Source of the DNA: Octopus vulgaris
Taxonomy: Eukaryota
Reading direction: 5' to 3'
Length of the DNA: 64,000 nt
Assembly (NCBI GenBank): GCA_951406725.2
Contig: OX597815.1
Coordinates: forward strand, 137,082,001 to 137,146,000
The notes under the pieces are model-generated. The model worked only from the letters and a program-made list of their open reading frames with translations. It was not told the DNA's origin and made no database searches. This document shows, one piece after another, positions 56,340 to 64,000 of the stretch. The translations under genes were made by a program, and so were the position numbers. Within the stretch, counting starts at the first letter, position 1, and each line of letters begins with the position of its first letter.

Positions 56340-57560
56340 TTCAATTTAATTACTCATATTTACAAACCTTATCATAAGCCTAACTCTAATCTGAAATATA
56401 TTAATTCAGAAAGAAATCGTCCAGGGTGTGTAAAAAAAAATTCTAATTTACAATATTTCTAGAAGAATTTCTGCATTATCCTCTTGTAAGGAAGTTTTTC
56501 ATAGGAATGCTGATCACCATAATATAGCCCTTAAAAAGGCCGGTTACAATAGGAAAATTGAATACCTAGCAATAATTACACTGATAAACGGAAACTTACT
56601 AGTAAAGGTATGGATTCGATTTTAAATGTCTCAAACCTAAACGGAAGGGTAAATATAAATCAGGAAGTGTGCATAACTACTATAAGAGTAATCCTTTAAT
56701 TCCAGATACTAATGTTCACAAACATAAATATAGTTATGTAATAAAAGTTTATAATTCTAAGTTAGTCTATAAGGTGAATAATTTAGGTTATTCTAATTTA
56801 GTTTTGGACAAAAGTAACATTATTTGGTATGGTATTCTATTTGCCAGTCAGTTAAAAAGTAACTTAGTTGGGGCGATGTATAAATAGCTTTTAAAACATT
56901 TCAATAAAAAAGATATTATGAGATTTTTAATCAGAGATCCATTAAGGTTGCTTTTTCGGGTCTCTCGGAATTTATTTCAGATTATTTCTTCTATTAATGT
57001 CTAATTCCATAAGTACCAATGTTAATGATTTTCCTAATAGCCAGTTTGACAGCGATGGTTTGAATTCTATTTCTAATATAAATTTCAATAATAGTGGTGG
57101 TAATAGCCTTTCACTTAATGATAATTCATTTGTTGAAGGTACAAATAGGGGTGAGAATTCCCTTTGTGATTGTAGAAACAAAGAAAACTGTTTATTTGGT
57201 AATTTTTGTAAGCGTAGGAAGTCGTCTATAAGGTTAAAGTTATTTCCGGAGGTAATGATTACTTCTATATTGGTTCTTTTGCTAATTATATTAAGAAAAG
57301 GGTTTCGAATCATTGCCATTCCTTTAGGAACAGAAATAGGACTTCATCTACTAGTCTTAGTAATTTCCTCTTGAATTTTGAAGATAATAATAAAACGTAC
57401 GTTATTGAATGGAGCATTTTAGGGGTGGTCCCGGGTTATGGGATTGGTAATAGGTTCTGCTCCCTTTGTTCTGAGGAATTATTTTTGAAGGTTGCTAAGC
57501 ACTAAATCTGAAAGGGGTATTTTTCTGTGTTCATAAGAATAAATGCATGTTTAAAAATTT
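56340..57560 (+). mobile_element. Degraded Penelope-like element (RT C-terminus and Cys linker)
   Basis: ALKKAGYNRKIEY, NIIWYGILFASQLKSNL (NIIWxNPPF-like), CDCRNKENCLFGNFC. Confidence 0.7.
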
Positions 57561-57574
57561 TAATTAAGGTTGTC

Positions 57575-57989
57575 GTATCTTTTCGGTTTGAACGGCAGTT
57601 TTCCTAGTGGTGTCATATGAAATTGTCACCCATAATTATGACTCTAGTATCGATCTATTGCCTTTCAATCTGTTTTAGGGTTAGGGTTAGGGGCGGGGGG
57701 AAGGGTATCTTTTTTTCTTCACAAATGTAAATAAACCCAATCTGTTTCTTAAATGAGGGACATATTCATACGGCACAGAATGTTTTTTACCTCAATAGAC
57801 GTCATTGATTGGTTGAAATTGCAGAAATTGAAGAAAAAACAACAAATATCTTACAAACTATAGAATTTTCTCAATAAAGCCAAGAGAAAAAGATGTTTTA
57901 TAAACACATTCGAACAGTATACAAAGTTTAAAAGGGTTTAGTTACTTGGAAATTATTTTAAAAAACTGCCGTTCAAACCGAAAAGGTCC
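57575..57989. mobile_element. MITE with TIRs of about 28 bp and internal (TTAGGG)3
   Basis: GTATCTTTTCGGTTTGAACGGCAGTTTT ... AAAACTGCCGTTCAAACCGAAAAGGTCC; degenerate 8-bp flanks AGGTTGTC / TGGTTATC. Confidence 0.85.
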
Positions 57990-59040
57990 TGGTTATCTAT
58001 TATAGGTGTTTTATTAGATGGTGTAGTGATTTTTGCGAGTTTGATCATTTCGGTTTCACCCTTTGTTTTTACTACTCAAGTTGGTTTCTCTTGCATGTTT
58101 CTTTTAATTTTCAAATTCTAAAATTTTTTTATAAATTTTAAAATTAAAAAAAATTAATTGTTAATATTTTTAATTCAGTTTTGTAATTTAATTTTGTGTG
58201 TATTTTAATTTTTTTCATCTTTGATTGTGAGACAGTGGATTTTTATATTTAATTCATTTAATTATCTTACTACCGTTTTGATATTTCTATATTTATTCAT
58301 TAGCTGACCCCGTGCCGTTTATAATTGCTAGCTAATTGTTATTTCAACAAGGTACAAAATTAAATACAGAATAATCACAGACACAAGCATTCACATATTT
58401 CACAAGCACACACATACATACACATACTCAAACAGAACTGGAATGATGTCAGTTTATATTTTCAGAGTTGTACGTTACCATTACGCACGCACACACTCAC
58501 ACATTCACACACACACACAGACGCGCACATGCACGCATACATCATACATATACACATATTCTCTCACAGAGTTGAATGGCTGTCTTTTACTTTATTCGCC
58601 CTTCCTTTCTCCCTTGCGTTCTTTCTCAAAAGATTATTACTTTCTCTCACTCTTTCATGGCTATTACTCTCTACGCCACTCCTCCACTGATTTACTATTT
58701 TCTATCATCTCTCTTGACTGATACTCCTTCTCTTTCTCCGTTTTGCTGTTTTACTTGTAGACAGCTATTTTGTAAACAAAAGATTTGCCTTTTCTTTTTA
58801 CTCTTTTAATTTCGTTTGATATTACCAAATTATTATGTTTAAATAAGGACATTTATTACTTTTTAGCAGATAATATATCGGTTTGTAATTATTAATTTTT
58901 AATTTTTGATTAGATAACCCTATTATTTTTGTGGTTAATTTTTGTTTCATTAAATTTATCTGTCTTTTCTAGATATTTACACGTGAATTATAAGTTTAAT
59001 AAAAGGCTGGAATTGTTTATAGATATATATATATAATATA

Positions 59041-59515
<475 letters not shown>

Positions 59516-59516
59516 T

Positions 59517-60110
59517 GTAGGGGTTGGAAAAAATAATGGAAACACCTACCAATTATACCATCATAATTTTGAAATAGCTATAAAACCGTCAAAAGCTTTT
59601 TTATTTTTATGTTGTTTGAATTATTATTATTGTTGCTTAAGACGTTTTGCTAAAATTGAAGTTTCTTTACAGATATTATCAGAAAAAGGTAATTAAAATT
59701 CATTAAAATGACATATCTATCGGACTTTCAAAGAGGTCAAATTGTTGGTGCTCGTATGGCAGGCGCTAGCGTAATGAAAACAGCCGAAATGTTTGGTGTA
59801 TCAAGAAGTACTGTCTCGAAAGTAATAACAGTCTTTGAGAAAGAGGGAGAAACCTCGTCGAAACAAAACCCCGGAAGAAAACCAAAACTTTCAGATAGGG
59901 ATCATCGAACTCTTACACGAATTGTTAGAAAGGATCACAAAAGTACAGCTTCCAAAATTACTGCAGAGCTTAATGACCACCTCGAGTTTCCACAAAAACT
60001 GTTTGCGCGGGAGCTGAACATAGCTGGATTTTATGGGAGGGGTGCAATCAGAAAACCCCTACATTCAAACACAAACGAGTGGAGTAAAAAGTAAGGTTAT
60101 ATTTTCAATA
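59517..60110 (+). mobile_element. Tc1 transposon 5' fragment
   Basis: TIR-like GGGTTGGAAAAAATAATGGAAACACC; ORF 59708-60094 MTYLSDFQRGQIVGAR...GVSRSTVSKV...GRKPKLSDRD (paired-like HTH). Confidence 0.88.
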
Positions 60111-61329
60111 GTTTTATTCCTTTATTTTTTTTTTTCTGTATAATGTATTGCTTTCGTATTTTATGCTAGATTCATAACTTGAAGCGACCAACATATGTTC
60201 CCTTTTAGGAAATTTGCTGATAAGACATAGACACAAATTTATATGGTTGAAATAGTAGAACGTAATACATCAAATTATAACTTCAGTCTACCTTGCAAGT
60301 TATAGAATTTTTCATCCGAAACATTGCTTTATTGGCAAGTCAAGAGTCAACTGATTACATGTACTAATTTCCAAAGGGGACGTTGTGTAAACTTAAACTA
60401 AGTCACTGATAATAAACACAGATAGAGATTTCAGACAGATTATCCAAGAAATAAGATCATTCATACATACCTTTAGCAAAGATAGTGAATTTCTCTCTGC
60501 GACTGTTTTATAAGAATTGACATTCTTTTTGCGCACTTTCAAAAACAAATTCTCCTATATTTTTACTGCGTGGGAATACAACTCTTCTTTCCATATATAT
60601 ATATATATATATATACATATATGCGTGTGTGTGTGTATGTATGTATGTATGTATGTATGTATGTATGTATGTATGTATGTATGTATGTATGTATGTATGT
60701 ACGTATTATGATATCAGAGGTTGCAAAGCCTGTTACATAATGTAAAGTTCTATATTTCGTGAATTTTCTCTCTATGTATGAAATGAAATGACACATTCAT
60801 CAATGGTATTTCACCTGTGCCCATATTATTCTAGGTGAGATTTAAATTCAGAAAACAATGATGGGAATAGATACCGTAAGGCCTCTCATCTGATAGAAAC
60901 TTCGATGAAACCTCATAAATCAGAGAATCGAGTACTAAAATGTATACGTGTTGGTGGAGTACAACCACAAAAGATCACCTAGCTATTAATAAACAGTATT
61001 TCTCTAGATTGTACCTTCTTTGAAACCAGACATTTAGTCCTTTCACATTACTTATTGTTTGCCTGTGATTTAAAGACAGGTATTTTGAGGCGATAGAATT
61101 TTCACATATCTTTCTAATAGCACATTGTCTATAGCTTAAAATTTTCTGGAAGACTTTCACGTAATATCAACAAAAATTGACTGTAAACAACAATTAATGA
61201 AAAATGACCGTGAACTAATAGTGTACCATTTGAGTTTAAATGATTTTTGTGATAAAGTATTAGTTCAGATTTTGCACCGACATTCGTTGCCAACGTGTAC
61301 AGTTGATATCGGCTTTGAAAGCAAAACGT

Positions 61330-62350
61330 GTCTTGCGTGTATTTTTATTTCTTTGCTTTGCGACATCCGGTAAGTATTCACCAGATTCGAGGTTTGTTTT
61401 TTGCAAGCACACCTATCCCATGGTTGACATAGAATTTCAATGGGAATTTAAATGGTGTAGGAACATCACATAAAGGATCATAAATATCTGACGACGACAG
61501 ATAATTTTCATAAAGTTGTCTCTTTCGTGACGGTGCATAATATTTTGACACACCTGATAGAGAGACAGTGAGGATAAGTCTAGAAAAGTTAAGATGTCCT
61601 CCTACGATTATTATCTTGTTTCTCTAAACGGACATTGGCATGACGGCCTAGTTTAAATATATGTTCTCTCAGAACAAATTTCCGTAGAAAATTGCGTCAC
61701 GCAAAGGCATACATATTTGTGCCAACTTTTTCTGCTTATACCTTGCAGTTGTAATGATCCATGTATTTCAGGACTAGTAATTAGGTTTCTTTGTCCGCTG
61801 TCGCACAATAGGTAATTTTTCAGTATAAATCGCTTCAAATCTTAAAGTTAAAACTAAGACCGTCATAGCAGTAGATCGCAATTTTTGTTGTTCCCTGACC
61901 GTTGAGAATTTGTGATTCACTTGGAATAGGATCTGCAAAAAGTAATGCATATGCACCTCTTGACAGTAGAGGTGTATTAGAGCTCTTATTACCTTTGAAC
62001 TTGCAGTAAGCCCGATAAAATTGTGTATGATCTTTATAACTACTGTAGGTCAGCCATATGTGGAACCAAATATACTTGTCTATAGCGACACTTAATGTAA
62101 TAGTATTTTGTATACGTCGACAGTTCTGTCTTCAGTGATGGACACTTGGCTTCTATGGTCAATTTGAGCATTGAACGTGTTTCAGTTGCGTTCGAATGTT
62201 CGAGAAATGAGCTTTGTCTGAGGATTTGAAGCTTCTCACCAAGGTTTGCAGTTGTATTGTTTGCTTCTCCCCTTGGTTACTATGATTCTCTCAGATATGG
62301 AAACCATTTCGACGGCACACTAAAAGCATGGCACTACAAATGCTTAAGAT
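61330..62350 (+). mobile_element. Ancient RTE/BovB-like LINE relic
   Basis: ISLLCDI, FDTPDRETVRISLEKLRCPP (FDTVSR...LGCPP-like), ILVYSDT* (LLYGSETW-like), colinear. Confidence 0.55.
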
Positions 62351-62720
62351 GTGTGTTAATTATCAGTTGGATATCATATATATCAGACAGAAAAGAGCCA
62401 GACAAAGGAAGCTGTTCAGAATGAAAGCTCGCTTTATCAGGTATTATAGGCGCTGGGTTGCACATTACATTAGTTTCAGAATTTACGTGTAATAATTCTC
62501 AGTAATTGTTTTAGAAGCGATATAATACAGATTTCGTGATGTCGTAAAACAATGACTTACATCTTTCAATATTATCGATGACAATTGAAAACTTAGGTGC
62601 GAAATAAGAAACTATTGTCAACAAAAAGGTTTCGATGTTGAGGTTTTGGAGTTTAGAGGATCAAAAAAGTGATTTCACCACGTACATATGTATGTATGCG
62701 TGTATATGTATATATGTGTG

Positions 62721-62788
<68 letters not shown>

Positions 62789-62820
62789 TAGGAAAAGAGA
62801 AAGGGTAGATAGATAGATAA

Positions 62821-62980
62821 ATACATACATACATACATACATACATACATACATACATACATACATACATACATACATACATACATACATACATACATAC
62901 ATACATACATACATACATACATACATACATACATACATACATACATACGTACGTACGTACATACGGACGTACGGACGTAC
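62821..62980. repeat. (ATAC)n microsatellite grading into (GTAC)n
   Basis: Read directly; (AGAT)n tracts also at 692-764 and 2059-2128. Confidence 0.97.
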
Positions 62981-63059
62981 TTATGTTTTTCTAATTATCT
63001 GTTTAATTTATTGTAAATTTTACCGGTCACCTACTTGATAGCAAGGGTGTTAAAGACAG

Positions 63060-63565
63060 CATCTCTTTTAACCATCATCCTTTTGCAGAGTTTTTCTCGT
63101 CCCAGACATCATGATCGTTTGTGGCACATGATTTAAGGATTTGCATTCTCTCCCCAAGATCCCATGTTCAGCCCATGTTCAGCACCAGGCAGATTAGTAT
63201 GTATCTTGTTACTCCAAAAACAAATAATAGGGATGAAGTTGAAAGTATGCCATGAATACTGGATTTCGTAAATCGTTATCAATGACCCATAGATGTTCTC
63301 TTTCTCTAGTATTTTTCTAAGCCCATCGTGTCCAGAGGGCAGCAGATTTCCATAACAGAATATGTCTCCCCTTTGGGATCCTATACAACGATATTTGCCC
63401 GATTTTGTTTTAACTTAGTGGGTGTTTTAATTTTTAAGTTCCACCTATATGTTTTTGACTCATTGGTCACAATATGGTCAACTTCGTTTGTAGGGTCTTC
63501 ATTTTTTGTTATCCTGTCCCAGACAGTTCTGGCCACCATATCATGCCGCATGAGAATATAACATA
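63060..63565 (-). mobile_element. R4/Dong-like non-LTR retrotransposon fragment with a restriction-like endonuclease domain
   Basis: YILMRHDMVARTVW...WNLKIKTPTKLKQNRANIVV*...VMEICCPLD.../LEKENIYGSL follows the RHD...RPD...E...K..Y order of RLE domains. Confidence 0.7.
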
Positions 63566-63624
<59 letters not shown>

Positions 63625-64000
63625 ATGTGTATACACATACACAGACGGACGCGATAATAGTGAGTTTGTATGAAAACAGTACGAGATGTGTGTACATGTA
63701 CATACACATACATTCTCTCACATTTAGCAATAATGTGCTCAATGTATGTATGTATGTATGTATGTATGTATGTGTGTATGTATGTATGCATGTATGTATG
63801 TGCAAAATTGTGAACGAAGAACTATGTATTTATGGGATACATACTGTTTGAATACCTTCCTGTATTCAAACGGTATGAGATTTAACAGACGACGCACAAA
63901 TGTGTAAATAATTCCCTTGATATATGAAATGTGTTTTCTTACGTGTTTCACTGAGGAAAGAAAAAGGGTAAATGATCAAACTTAGCTGCGATTCTATTTC

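Noticed and set aside
57676-57695. Telomere or chromosome-fusion scar
   Set aside because: Only three TTAGGG units, and they are internal to a TIR element.

Overview
AT-rich, microsatellite-saturated eukaryotic DNA. The repeat landscape ((TA)n seas, tRNA-derived SINEs, Penelope-like, RTE, CR1/L2-group and Tc1/mariner relics) suggests a cephalopod such as an octopus; this is inference. One host gene is supported: a minus-strand NR1J/HR96/DAF-12-type nuclear receptor. It has four spliceable coding exons (55708-55872, 55071-55188, 53383-53888, 44889-45368), about 422 aa, with the N-terminus missing. The rest is mostly decayed mobile DNA. The most unusual signal is about a dozen minimal type-I hammerhead-ribozyme-like motifs on Penelope-type terminal-repeat fragments next to (TA)n tracts, with different catalytic-core variants: canonical C3:G8, compensatory U3:A8, compensatory G3:C8, and A6U. 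Other notable items are near-perfect fold-back duplications at (TA)n tracts, a SINE/LINE shared 3' hairpin with compensatory changes, and a SINE family sitting at (TG)n/(TA)n junctions. All calls were made by eye; no database searches were run.
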